Virus record (IMG/VR): IMGVR_UViG_3300029258_001145
Span: 1-52,284 of that record
Origin: a virus
Lineage: Duplodnaviria > Caudoviricetes
Strand: one strand, 5' to 3'
DNA: 52,284 nucleotides
Under the pieces are notes generated by a model. That model did no database searches. It was not told the origin of the DNA and saw nothing but the letters and a program-made list of their open reading frames with translations. Below are positions 8,491-17,618 of this stretch, piece by piece. Both the position numbers and the translations under genes were made by a program. Positions within the stretch are counted from its first letter, which is position 1; every line of letters begins with the position of its first letter.

Positions 8491-9930
8491 CTAATAAATC
8501 TCCAAATGGCACGAGGAGGCGGTTTTCTTTTTGGTCAGAACGCGGTAGCGGACCTCATCGCCGACATGGTCTTCGGCGTCGGTGTCCACGTCATCAAGGT
8601 TCTTGTCCGAACGCGGAAGGGTCGGCACCGTGCGAATGAATTGCCGACACGTCTCGAAGACCCAAAGGCCGGGTTCCTCGGGACGGTCCTCTGATGCCGC
8701 CTGAAACATCCTGCGCATTGCCTGCCAACCCTGGACCCGGCTTCCGGGCCGCTTGTCCGAGGGCTCGAAGCGAGCGCCATTCGCGGCCAAAACAGCGGCG
8801 ATACTCTTGCCGCCGGCCTCTTCATTGAAAATCGAGGCATCGGCGGGTCCGGGTTTGACACGCTTCCGCCAACCCCAATCGGTTTCCCGTTCGACAATGC
8901 CCTGCGCAATTAGGGGGTCAGTCATACGGAGCCCCACATTCGGGTTCTTGCCGTCCCAGCCGTACCACTCGCCGATGCGGATGAGTGAGCCACGCGGGAA
9001 GAAAAGCGTTGTGCCGTCATCCCGGACCGCCACTGTCCCATCACTCTCGGCCCAGAGACCATAGGAAAACGGCTTAGTTGATCCCCAGTCGAAAGAGCGG
9101 TCGATGCGCCAGGATTGGGGGATCGGGAATGGCCGCAGGACATGCTTGTCATGGTCCCAGACATCATCGAACATGCCTCCGGCAACAATGTCCCAACTAC
9201 CATCGAGCCACGCCTTTTCCTGTTCTGGATTTGCTGCCGCTGCCGCGATCTTCTTCGGATAGTCGGGCTCCGCATCGAGCAGAATCTTGTTTTCTGACCA
9301 GTGCGCGTGGATGCGAACTCGCTTTAGACCATCGTCGCCCGTGACCACATGACCCGCAGGGGCCGGGTCGATGAAGTACGCCTTCACGACATTGTGGCCC
9401 ACGCCGTATGGGTTTGCTGTCCCCCTGTACTTTCTCGGGACATCTGGATGGGATGACCGATTGCAGGACTTGAGCATGTGGTAGAGATCGAGGCTGGGCC
9501 ATGTCGTCAATTCGTCCCAGCCAATGAACGGAAACTCGTGCCCGTGGTAATCCGTCCAATAGTCGGCCTCGCGTTTGATGTGGCGAAGCAACAACTCCTC
9601 GCCCTCGGGCCAGACCCACTTGTACTCCTGCGCCGATTCCTTGAAACGTGCCTCGGGAAAGATCCGGGAAAACCAACGTCGGCTCTTGACTACCAACTCG
9701 CCCAACGCCTTGTAACTCTGCCGAAAGATGACGCCACGCCACGCTGCACCGTATCCCGCCCCGCAGTGCTGGGCAAAGTCCATCAACAGACAATCGGTCT
9801 TGCCGGGACCGCGTGTCCCCTCGATCAATGCTTCGTAGATCGGGCAGGTTAGAAAAAGCTCTTGGCTGCCAGGCTGTGGTTGCCATACGACGTTAGGCCC
9901 CCTTGCCATTGCCACGTTTTCCGTTCCCAT
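8491..9930 (-). CDS. terL: Terminase large subunit
   Basis: WQPQPGSQ, Walker A GTRGPGKT, Walker B IGWDELT, TANP, RSFDWG, EDHVGDEVRY. Confidence 0.95.
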   Translation of the reverse strand: MGTENVAMARGPNVVWQPQPGSQELFLTCPIYEALIEGTRGPGKTDCLLMDFAQHCGAGYGAAWRGVIFRQSYKALGELVVKSRRWFSRIFPEARFKESAQEYKWVWPEGEELLLRHIKREADYWTDYHGHEFPFIGWDELTTWPSLDLYHMLKSCNRSSHPDVPRKYRGTANPYGVGHNVVKAYFIDPAPAGHVVTGDDGLKRVRIHAHWSENKILLDAEPDYPKKIAAAAANPEQEKAWLDGSWDIVAGGMFDDVWDHDKHVLRPFPIPQSWRIDRSFDWGSTKPFSYGLWAESDGTVAVRDDGTTLFFPRGSLIRIGEWYGWDGKNPNVGLRMTDPLIAQGIVERETDWGWRKRVKPGPADASIFNEEAGGKSIAAVLAANGARFEPSDKRPGSRVQGWQAMRRMFQAASEDRPEEPGLWVFETCRQFIRTVPTLPRSDKNLDDVDTDAEDHVGDEVRYRVLTKKKTASSCHLEIY

Positions 9931-10366
9931 TGCCCCCAGCTAGGACCGCCAGTCGGTTCCCTTGGGCATTCTTCGCCGTCTCTTCCCACGCCTCGCCCCG
10001 CTCTGGCACGACGAGCACACCCGTATCGACATGGCCGGAGTGCTCGACCTTATCCGTGAATGCGCCGAAGTGCTTGCCGAGCCAGGACAGTGCCGAGACC
10101 CGGGCGGCATGGGACGCTCCCTCGCCCTCCTTCGTGGCCTCGACCCACAGGCGGTCGATGACCATTTCCTGTGTGACCCCAACCCGTTCCGACCTCTTTT
10201 GCTTTTCGGTGGCAATAGCAGAGGCCACCCTAACATTTTCCAACAGCCTCGGTCCTTGGACGTGGGCTGTTTTTTGGCTGTATCCAGCACGAATCGCGGC
10301 CTGTGTCGCATTCAGGTCGATCAAGTACTCTTCAACGAATCGTGCCTGTTTGGCCGTAAGACTCAT
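9893..10366 (-). CDS. terS: Terminase small subunit
   Basis: LTAKQARFVEEYLIDLNATQAAIRAGYS is the Terminase_2 signature. Confidence 0.95.
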   Translation of the reverse strand: MSLTAKQARFVEEYLIDLNATQAAIRAGYSQKTAHVQGPRLLENVRVASAIATEKQKRSERVGVTQEMVIDRLWVEATKEGEGASHAARVSALSWLGKHFGAFTDKVEHSGHVDTGVLVVPERGEAWEETAKNAQGNRLAVLAGGNGNGKRGNGKGA

Positions 10367-10581
10367 GCCGCCCCCTTGAGTTCACGGACCAGGGCGCTTT
10401 CAAGGCTTTCGTTGGTGGAAACTTGGTAGGCTCTGCGTTCTGCGGGGATGACGATCAGACGACAGCCGGGGCGGTTGGATTTATGATGAACGAATGGGAC
10501 GGGGCCCGACGTCCGACTGAATGGGACGTCAATCTTCCGGTTACAAACCGGGCAAGTGATGTAGACCAGGTGTTCGTTCAT
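10363..10581 (-). CDS. Small zinc-ribbon protein (Com-like?)
   Basis: ITCPVCNRKI...HH...C; first gene after late promoter 1; ATGA-coupled to terS. Confidence 0.6.
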   Translation of the reverse strand: MNEHLVYITCPVCNRKIDVPFSRTSGPVPFVHHKSNRPGCRLIVIPAERRAYQVSTNESLESALVRELKGAA

Positions 10582-10592
10582 GGAGCCCAACG

Positions 10593-10639
10593 AAAAAAGG
10601 GCGACCCCCGCTTCCGTTGCGGAGTATCGCCCCACGGCG
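10593..10639 (-). terminator. Intrinsic terminator T1 in the late leader, with shared CGCYGTGGGGCG motif
   Basis: CGCCGTG-GGGCGATACTCCGC-AACGGAA-GCGGGGGTCGCCC-TTTTTT. Confidence 0.75.
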
Positions 10640-10655
10640 TGTCCATATTTTCAAG

Positions 10656-10690
10656 TTTCAAGTTAATAAGGCTCCCGTGTGGTGGTCAAG
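10656..10690 (-). promoter_or_regulatory. Putative late promoter P1
   Basis: TTGACC-17-TTAACT; CTTGACCACC-N14-TTAACTTGAAA is shared with P2. Confidence 0.7.
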
Positions 10691-10749
10691 ATTTAAGTAG
10701 CGCCTCAATACGGTCTGCGAGGAAGTAGAAGTTGCGCTGCGGAAACGGC

Positions 10750-10795
10750 TATTGGATTGTACTCGTATTGGATTGTACTCGTATTGGATTGTACT
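10750..10795. repeat. 16-bp tandem repeat, ~2.9 copies (TATTGGATTGTACTCG)
   Basis: Read directly from the sequence. Confidence 0.95.
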
Positions 10796-10869
10796 TGCCA
10801 TCGGGCACAACCTTGATTACCCACTGACCTCAACCCCTGGCGCTGTCAATCTCCGGTGCGTCCTGTCGG

Positions 10870-11118
10870 TTACCGCTCATTGGTCTTTGCTTTCGGTTGG
10901 GGGGCGCATCTGGAACACGGACGTTCGCCCGATGCGTACTCGTCGTATAGCTGTTGGAGGAAGTCGCGCATCTCTCGAACCTCCGGGATTGGGTGCTTCG
11001 CGAGAAAGCGGTCCATGTCCCTGATGCCCCAACCCAGGGCGCAGCACTCCACGCCATCCGTGCCAGAGTATAGCCATGTTCCGTCCACCGCGTCCGCTGC
11101 TGTGAATTTCTCAGCCAT
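10870..11118 (-). CDS. Hypothetical protein
   Basis: SD GAGG, 82-aa ORF, C-terminal CxxC. Confidence 0.6.
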   Translation of the reverse strand: MAEKFTAADAVDGTWLYSGTDGVECCALGWGIRDMDRFLAKHPIPEVREMRDFLQQLYDEYASGERPCSRCAPQPKAKTNER

Positions 11119-11245
11119 GATTACCTCTATTCGTCACTTTGTTGCCCCCTTGGCCTTGGCCGATAGTGCGGCGCCACCCGCGAGAGATGTCGTCCATTCG
11201 CAATCCTGAAAGCTTCACACCGCTCCTCGAACGTTGGTAGCGCGT

Positions 11246-11590
11246 TCATCCTTCCTCTCCTCTCAGTGCGCGGCCGATTTCCCTGTCAATGTCATCAAGT
11301 GGTGTGGTGAATTTCCATCCCGGACAGGACCGCACCTTGATCCGGATCTCCTCCAGGGCCTTGCGGTAGCGAAGGTTGTCTCCGATGGTGCTCACGTACT
11401 TTGCATTGGCGTCCGCAGCATCTTCGGTTCTGGCCCTTGCCTCCAGGATGAGGCGTCCGTTCTCCTCCCGCAGCCGCTCAATTTCGGCGAGGAGGTCTTC
11501 AAACTCCTGGTGTATATGGGCGTTAAGGATGTTGTTCTCGTCACGCCACTCGTGCCTCTTCCGAATCTCAGCCAGCCTCACATCATCCAT
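11246..11590 (-). CDS. Hypothetical coiled-coil protein
   Basis: SD GAGGAG; LLAEIERLREEN motif common in phage early genes. Confidence 0.7.
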   Translation of the reverse strand: MDDVRLAEIRKRHEWRDENNILNAHIHQEFEDLLAEIERLREENGRLILEARARTEDAADANAKYVSTIGDNLRYRKALEEIRIKVRSCPGWKFTTPLDDIDREIGRALRGEEG

Positions 11591-11810
11591 CGTTGGGCTC
11601 CTCGTGGGTGGTACGCAGGTCTACATGCTTGTGGAGGAACTCGCCGCACCTATAGTCCCACGGCACCGGGTTGGTTGGATATCCACCATCCCTGGGGTCA
11701 TCTGGTTCTGGGGACCACCGCTGACAGTTCATGTACCCACTGTCGATAAACGTGGCGTGGTCACAGTTCTCACACCTACGTTTGCTCACCCGTATCGTTC
11801 TCTCACTCAT
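11583..11810 (-). CDS. Small Cys-rich protein
   Basis: CENC...CQRWSP...YP...CGEF pattern. Confidence 0.65.
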   Translation of the reverse strand: MSERTIRVSKRRCENCDHATFIDSGYMNCQRWSPEPDDPRDGGYPTNPVPWDYRCGEFLHKHVDLRTTHEEPNDG

Positions 11811-11889
11811 CGGTACCCCCTTGATTAGACGTAACCTCGGTTTCCGTCTGATCTATTGGTCCACTCACCCTAGTCATCGGTCTCTCCCC

Positions 11890-12723
11890 CTATGCTGCTG
11901 TGTCGGTATAGTCCGATACGTCGATGTTGACTCGCTCGGGTTCCGTTGGCTTGCGCTCTGTGATTTCTGGCGTGTAGTCGCGTTTGAACTTCGGGTCCAG
12001 TTGCGGGCCACCCGGTGGTTCTTTCACAACTGCGCTTTCGGGGATGTGCCACGGTTCGGCCCACCACTCTTTAGGCCCGAGGAAGGTTGCCGGGTACTTC
12101 AGCTTCGTGTCCGTTGCCTTCGCCCACGCTAGGTAGCGGGCAAGGCCGGCCATCAGGTCTTCCTGACTCACACCCGCCCGCCTACGCGCCCGCCACTTCT
12201 CTAGCGCATCCTTCTTCCCAATCTTCAGCGGATAGGCTTCCCAGAACCCCAAAAACTCCCCCTCGAAGGGTGGTCGTTGGTCGTTGGTAGTAGGTCGTTG
12301 GTCCAAGATCGGAACGCTAGGGTCTCCCTCGGTTCTCGCTAGGCCCTCGCTAGAGTCTCCCGAGGGTTCCGTATCTCCCTGTGGTTCCACAACTTCCGGC
12401 GGTGGGGGTGGGAGGGTGTACTTGCTCGGGTTGTCCACACGCTGATGCTCTTCCCAATTGGTGATTTGGAGCAACCTTTGCCCGCTATCGGAGGTGTATC
12501 GAAGCACTCGCCCGAGTCTCGCGAGAGTCTCAAGAGACCCCGAGCAATCGTCGTCCGTGTCGGGGAAGAGTAGACCGTTCAGGAGGCGTATGTTGTCGTT
12601 CAGCCTCCCGGCGTCATCGGCCTGGGAGATGAGCCCGAGGAACACAAGGCGGTCGAGTGGGGGGAGTGGGGCAAGCTTTTCGTCCTGCCAGAACTCGGGC
12701 TTGATGGTGCGAATCCTAGCCAC
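11890..12723 (-). CDS. Phage replication initiator protein
   Basis: ARIRTIKPEFWQDEKL N-terminus; FWEAYPLKIGKKDA...KYPATFL C-terminal domain; GTG start 12723. Confidence 0.85.
   Translation of the reverse strand: MARIRTIKPEFWQDEKLAPLPPLDRLVFLGLISQADDAGRLNDNIRLLNGLLFPDTDDDCSGSLETLARLGRVLRYTSDSGQRLLQITNWEEHQRVDNPSKYTLPPPPPEVVEPQGDTEPSGDSSEGLARTEGDPSVPILDQRPTTNDQRPPFEGEFLGFWEAYPLKIGKKDALEKWRARRRAGVSQEDLMAGLARYLAWAKATDTKLKYPATFLGPKEWWAEPWHIPESAVVKEPPGGPQLDPKFKRDYTPEITERKPTEPERVNIDVSDYTDTAA
12270..12365. promoter_or_regulatory. Candidate replication origin (iteron-like repeats inside the initiator gene)
   Basis: TGGTCGT 7-mer repeats; three CGCTAG, two extended as CGCTAG(G/A)GTCTCCC. Confidence 0.45.
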
Positions 12724-12845
12724 GGGGAGGCTCCCAACAAAACGACCCACCCGAGCTTACTTGCGGCTGTCGCGCTTCCCTCCATCGGAGGTCGGCACCG
12801 CGTTCGACTGGGTGGGTCGGTTTCCGTTTTACCACGAAAAAAGCC
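12716..12845 (-). promoter_or_regulatory. Structured leader with 39-codon mini-ORF upstream of the initiator
   Basis: CGACCCACCC...GGGTGGGTCG stem followed by TTTTGTT; GTG 12835 to TAG 12716 overlapping the initiator start. Confidence 0.5.
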
Positions 12846-12861
12846 TTTCTGCTAAGTTCGG

Positions 12862-13827
12862 TCATTTGGTGTGGAACATTTCGCTTTGTTCGGTCCGGGT
12901 CCCGGTTACCGCCTCTCGGCAGTTTTTTATCGCCTGTCGGTAGTAAGTTTCCTTAAGCTCCACACCAACACCCCTCCGGCCCTGGACCACCGCCCCATAC
13001 ACCTCCGAACCCACACCCATGAACGGGGTGAATACAACCTCCCCAGGATTGCTCCACAAAACCACGGCTCGGTCAATCACGTCCAACTGAAGCGGGTGTA
13101 CGTGCTTCTCGTCCTCCTCGTCGCGGGCCTCGCGATACGGTAAAACCCGATCAATCCTCACATCGTCCCAGAACGCGCTTGCGTACTGTCTCCATATCCA
13201 ATGCGAATAGCGGTTCTCAATCTGGTTGCCCTTCCATTCGCGATACTGATACAGTTCGCGAGGAATTTGGCGTTCTCCAGCATATTCAAGTAGTCCGTTG
13301 GGATGGGATATCGGCACCGGATTTTCGCCCTTCTTGCGAAACATCAATAGGTAGTCGGCAGAAGCCACCGAACACCGCGACGAGTCGTCTACAATGGTTT
13401 TGTGGGCCAGGTTCTTGGCCATTGTTCGGTTACGGACCCCCAAGGGCTCCTTCCAAACACAATACCGGGCCACGTATACGAATCCGTGTTTTTCGTGGAG
13501 GCGGATAATGTCACCCGGAAAGTCGATAAGGTGGTCCTTGCCGGTATTGCTGGACGGGATGTCCATACAATGAACACCCGTCAACCGCCCCGTCATGGTC
13601 ATACGGGCAAGTTCTTCCACCACGAACCCATAGTGCTCGAAGAACTCCTCGTAACCACGGGCATTAGACAGGTCCCGCTCGGAACTGGAATAGTGGTAGA
13701 GTCCCCCGAATGGCGGAGAGTATAGAGAAAGGTGTATGCTCCCATCGGGGACCGTGGGCATAAGTTCCATACAGTCCCCGTGGTACAGTGCGTAGTGGTC
13801 GGTCACTACCTGATTCATCACAGCCAT
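12862..13827 (-). CDS. DNA amino-methyltransferase (N4-C/N6-A, beta class)
   Basis: YHGDC, YSPPF (motif IV), KHVHPLQ, PFMGVGSE (motif I), GVELK. Confidence 0.9.
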   Translation of the reverse strand: MAVMNQVVTDHYALYHGDCMELMPTVPDGSIHLSLYSPPFGGLYHYSSSERDLSNARGYEEFFEHYGFVVEELARMTMTGRLTGVHCMDIPSSNTGKDHLIDFPGDIIRLHEKHGFVYVARYCVWKEPLGVRNRTMAKNLAHKTIVDDSSRCSVASADYLLMFRKKGENPVPISHPNGLLEYAGERQIPRELYQYREWKGNQIENRYSHWIWRQYASAFWDDVRIDRVLPYREARDEEDEKHVHPLQLDVIDRAVVLWSNPGEVVFTPFMGVGSEVYGAVVQGRRGVGVELKETYYRQAIKNCREAVTGTRTEQSEMFHTK

Positions 13828-15194
13828 TTCGGGAGCCTCGCATCTAAATTATGGATATGTTCGGTTCGTTTGATCTGTAGGGCGTCTTTCATGTGGGCCA
13901 GTAGGGCGTCAAACATCTTGTCCGCTTGTTCCGACTTCCGTTTCAAATTTTCCACCACCCGCCTTTCGCCCTCGGTCGCTACAATATCCACGGTCACAGG
14001 CCGCTTCTGTCCAAAGCGCCAACACCTTCGAACGCCCTGGTAATACTGTTCGTAGGAATGGGATGGAAAAAACGTAACGTGGTTGCACTCTTGAAGGTTA
14101 AGGCCCCAGGCTCCTATCTTGGGTTTAGTTACAAGGACGGGTAATTCTCCATTGGCAAACGCCGTTAACCGCTCTTCTTTTTTCTCCACCGAGTCCGCAC
14201 CCTTGACCTGCCTTGCTCGCGGTATCAGTTCCTCCAGTAGGTCGCCCTCGTCATTTAGATGACACCAGATAAGGGCTTGGGCCGAATCCTCAACCATCTC
14301 CGCCACAAACTGACACCGCTCTTGAATCGTCCGCTTCCGCTCCTCGCGTTGTTCTTCCAAAGTCACGGCGGGTAGGTCGAACAACCACCCCTCACGGGTT
14401 GTTTTGGCGTCTACGATGTGTTCGTTCTCGGTGAGCTTCGGGAGAATAAAGCCGCTGTCCTCGTATCCGTAGTCTGAGGGCTTGCGAATCGCCCTGGCCC
14501 AAGAGGACACCCATTGCCAAAACGGCCCTTCCGCATGGCCCTTGAAGCGCCACTGTGCCGCCTTGCCATAGTACCGGCGCTCTGCCGAAACGCTGGAGGT
14601 TGTGGTCCGGAAGAATCTGGACAACATATCCATGTACCCCAATTCCCCGAGGGCCTCGGAACTAGTGCCCAATTCGATGTAGTCGTTGGGAGCGGCGGTT
14701 GCGGTGCAAAGTAGGCGATACCTGAGCGGCCGCATAAACTCTGTGACCACCGCCTTCCGCGCCCCATTGAAGTTTTTCAGGATACTGGACTCATCGGCCA
14801 CCATGCCCGCGAATTGAGTGTTATCAAACCGCTCAAGTCGCTCGTAGTTAGTGGTGACTATCCGCGCCCCGGTGGGGACCCTTCCGTCCGACACCCTCAC
14901 CGCCTCAATTCCAAACTTTTCCGCTTCCCCTATCAGTTGGTAGCCCACCGCCAGGGGGGTCGCAATTAGAACGGGCTTATTCGTTTCCCTGACCACGTTC
15001 TCGGCCCACACAAGTTGCATGGGGGTCTTACCCATTCCGCAATCCGCAAAGATCGCCGCCCGCCCCCTGCGTACCGCCCAATCCACGATGTCCCGCTGAA
15101 AACCAAACAGGAACTCTGGCAGGGTGTTGGGCTCAAAGCCATCGGCCACACCAATCTGAGATTTTTGGTTAAGGAATGCCTCATACTTGCCCAA
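13818..15194 (-). CDS. SNF2-like SF2 helicase
   Basis: ADCGMGKT, ADESS, TATAAPN, GLNLQ, YQGVRRCWRFGQ; probable TTG start 15194 after GGAGG. Confidence 0.9.
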   Translation of the reverse strand: MGKYEAFLNQKSQIGVADGFEPNTLPEFLFGFQRDIVDWAVRRGRAAIFADCGMGKTPMQLVWAENVVRETNKPVLIATPLAVGYQLIGEAEKFGIEAVRVSDGRVPTGARIVTTNYERLERFDNTQFAGMVADESSILKNFNGARKAVVTEFMRPLRYRLLCTATAAPNDYIELGTSSEALGELGYMDMLSRFFRTTTSSVSAERRYYGKAAQWRFKGHAEGPFWQWVSSWARAIRKPSDYGYEDSGFILPKLTENEHIVDAKTTREGWLFDLPAVTLEEQREERKRTIQERCQFVAEMVEDSAQALIWCHLNDEGDLLEELIPRARQVKGADSVEKKEERLTAFANGELPVLVTKPKIGAWGLNLQECNHVTFFPSHSYEQYYQGVRRCWRFGQKRPVTVDIVATEGERRVVENLKRKSEQADKMFDALLAHMKDALQIKRTEHIHNLDARLPKWL

Positions 15195-15495
15195 GAAAAG
15201 CCTCCACAGATTCAAAGATCGGAATACCAAGCCGGCCGGCCTTTTCGGTTTCCACATCGGCCCCGGCACTCTCACCGGGAAGTCTGACCACTGCTTCCGC
15301 AAACGGCAACCACGCCAGGTCAATTCGCATCCAATCTTCCCAGGGCCGTGGAAAGGCTAGGTCCTGGAAATGTGTCAGGAGTGGACAGAAAGGTTCGTGG
15401 CCAGCAGCAATAAGTTGGTCCATTGCCTTCATGGCGTTTCTGACATTCTCAGACCTGTCACCCTTGGTGTAGGGACCAGCAACATAGACTCTCAT
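15181..15495 (-). CDS. Nucleoside 2-deoxyribosyltransferase-like protein (DUF4406/DUF1937 type)
   Basis: MRVYVAGPYT...DLAWL...LPGESAGADVE...GIPIF. Confidence 0.75.
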   Translation of the reverse strand: MRVYVAGPYTKGDRSENVRNAMKAMDQLIAAGHEPFCPLLTHFQDLAFPRPWEDWMRIDLAWLPFAEAVVRLPGESAGADVETEKAGRLGIPIFESVEAFLGQV

Positions 15496-15520
15496 GTCAC
15501 CCTCATTGTACGTGCGAAGC

Positions 15521-16048
15521 TCATGCGGCCAACTTCGCTTTGAATCGCTGGGTTGCTGTGCCGGTGTACGGCCGGTCGGTTTTCCACATCAAATGCCACC
15601 TGTCACCGCCTGGCAATCTGCGCTCCATTTCCCGCTTGATAAGCTGCTGGGTAGGGGTGAGGACACGAGGCGTGTTACAGCGGGCACAGACCCGGTTCCT
15701 GGTCAACTCCTCGACGGCCGTCGGGGTGCCGCACTCTTTGCAGGGGGCCTGGACGATGGTTGTCTTCTTCGGGACCTTCTTCCATCCGCGTTTCGCGAGG
15801 TTGTTACTCACGGCAGTCCCCGAGAGCCCGCATTCCCGGCTCCATGCTGCCCAGGTCATCAGGCCACGTTGCTCCCAGATTTCGTCATCGGTCGGAAGGC
15901 GCTCCTCGATTTCGGCCGGCGTCGATGGGTTGGCCTTGTGAGCTACAGCAAGGACACAGTCCCGTGAACAACATGACCTTTGCCGTGGGCCAAGCTCTTT
16001 CCCACAATTCCGACACTTCCGCCCTGGTGGGTAGGTTGTTGGCATCAT
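15521..16048 (-). CDS. Zinc-finger/HTH protein
   Basis: CRNCG...CCSRDC, CKECG...CARC; possible HTH TWAAWSRECGLSGTAVSN. Confidence 0.6.
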   Translation of the reverse strand: MMPTTYPPGRKCRNCGKELGPRQRSCCSRDCVLAVAHKANPSTPAEIEERLPTDDEIWEQRGLMTWAAWSRECGLSGTAVSNNLAKRGWKKVPKKTTIVQAPCKECGTPTAVEELTRNRVCARCNTPRVLTPTQQLIKREMERRLPGGDRWHLMWKTDRPYTGTATQRFKAKLAA

Positions 16049-16836
16049 TCCACCTCGGAGCGGAGCCGGCCAGCAGCTATCCTATGTGATCCCTTTTGGG
16101 TTTCCAGCCAATCAGCGACAGCCAGGATGGCGGCATGGGCCGCGACGTGGTGTGCTGCATCACGGTCGTCGTGCTTTACCAGCTCTACGTGCCACGCCTC
16201 ACTCCATGCCGTTATCACCCCATCCACCAGCGACGATTCACACTTTTCCGCTGGTTCACTTTTTTGTGAATCCACCATGGGTTGCCGCTGTGTGTCAGTA
16301 GGGGTGGTTTTGCTGGCCGTATGAGCGCCTGATGACAAGCCACTATCCCGAACTACTGCTGGTTCTTGGTTCAGGCTGGCGAGGAAAAGGCCGATGTCTT
16401 GAATTAGAGCAAGTGACGACTCGATGGCATCCCACCTGTTGCACCCACACGTACAACTTGGCTCTGGTTGTTCGGTATCATGCAACCGTTCGTTGGCGGG
16501 TCCGTCACTGCCTACGCACATATGCGAATCGCAGTTTTGCGTACAACCACAAGCGGACGTTTTGTCCGGTTTCGTGCTAGTGGAGTCGGACGTCCCCGGA
16601 GGGGTGCCGTGGATTGGGCAGTTACGATTCTCTGCCCCAGGCCAGCACGAACACCCCCTCCGGGGCTCCGCTACGTCGGCCTCACCTCCAGTCTGTTGTT
16701 CGATGTCTTCCAGGATCGTCTCCAGTGCCGCAACCCGCGCCTCCAATGCATCCACCCGCCGCTCTAGCCGAAAGACGTTGATCTCCCGTATGGTAAGGTC
16801 TTTCGACTCGTCAATCCTGTCGCTTTCGTCGCTCAT
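16045..16836 (-). CDS. Hypothetical mosaic protein (coiled coil plus small Cys motifs)
   Basis: SD GAGGGCGGA before ATG 16836; RVDALEARVAALE; CSC..NCPIHG. Confidence 0.55.
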   Translation of the reverse strand: MSDESDRIDESKDLTIREINVFRLERRVDALEARVAALETILEDIEQQTGGEADVAEPRRGCSCWPGAENRNCPIHGTPPGTSDSTSTKPDKTSACGCTQNCDSHMCVGSDGPANERLHDTEQPEPSCTCGCNRWDAIESSLALIQDIGLFLASLNQEPAVVRDSGLSSGAHTASKTTPTDTQRQPMVDSQKSEPAEKCESSLVDGVITAWSEAWHVELVKHDDRDAAHHVAAHAAILAVADWLETQKGSHRIAAGRLRSEVE

Positions 16837-16936
16837 TCCGCCCTCATTTCGTCGGTTTCGGCGAGTTACCGACCGTGCAGATTCGTCAGTCTGTGTGTCA
16901 TTGTGGGAGAAAAACCGTGGTTCTCTGCACGGTCGG

Positions 16937-17335
16937 TCATAAATGTTTCGTCCTGTAGTAGAGGTCGGTGCGCCAGTCGTGGAGTAGGTTGCAGACCGTG
17001 AACCAGAGACGATTCGGCCAAAATGCGATGTCAGTCCAGCCCAACTCCTCGGGGTAGCCCCAGCGACCGAGGGCGCACACCAGATGACCCGCCGCGAACC
17101 AGAGCCACAGGTAGACAAGCACCGCCAGCGCGTGTTCATCGAAGGTCTTCCCGACCAACAAAGCAAACCCAACGAATAGCACGGGGCCGGGTAGTACCTT
17201 GAGCACTTTCTTCATTCGCCCTCTCCCAGGATGGCGCCTGTGGGTTCGGCCTCCGGGGGGGGTGCGCTGGTGTCTTCTCCCATAGTCGTTTTCACCTGGA
17301 CCGAAAATCCTTGGACCTTTCCACCCGTCACTCAT
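16937..17335 (-). CDS. Membrane protein
   Basis: Two hydrophobic segments; start at 17335 or 17215. Confidence 0.55.
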   Translation of the reverse strand: MSDGWKGPRIFGPGENDYGRRHQRTPPGGRTHRRHPGRGRMKKVLKVLPGPVLFVGFALLVGKTFDEHALAVLVYLWLWFAAGHLVCALGRWGYPEELGWTDIAFWPNRLWFTVCNLLHDWRTDLYYRTKHL

Positions 17336-17603
17336 GGCTCTCTGGCTCCTGGTAATAGTCGGGTCGTGGGAATCGGTCGGTGAATATCGCCTCGGAGTAT
17401 ACGCCCAAGTCCTCAACCTCCTCCGCATCCGGCCAAAAGCGTCCCATCTGATTTGGCCTCATGTAAGCCACCAGAATGGCCCGGCCATCGCACTCATGGC
17501 CGCTTACCCAATAGCAACAACCGACAGGTAGCGGCCACTCAATCGGCCTCGGGTCGTCGTCGTCCACGTAAAAACGTAGGCGGTGGATTAGGCTCTCACT
17601 CAT
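17328..17603 (-). CDS. Hypothetical protein
   Basis: AGGAG SD; RFYVDDDDPRPIEWP...YWVSG...IFTDRFPRPDYY. Confidence 0.7.
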   Translation of the reverse strand: MSESLIHRLRFYVDDDDPRPIEWPLPVGCCYWVSGHECDGRAILVAYMRPNQMGRFWPDAEEVEDLGVYSEAIFTDRFPRPDYYQEPESHE

Positions 17604-17618
17604 GGCTCTCTGGCTCCT
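17328..17618. repeat. Identical 23-bp direct repeats at gene junctions (17328-17350, 17596-17618)
   Basis: Minus-strand AGGAGCCAGAGAGCCATGAGTGA occurs twice. Confidence 0.95.

Noticed and set aside
10750-10795. Mini CRISPR array
   Set aside because: The repeats are contiguous with no spacers, and no cas genes are present
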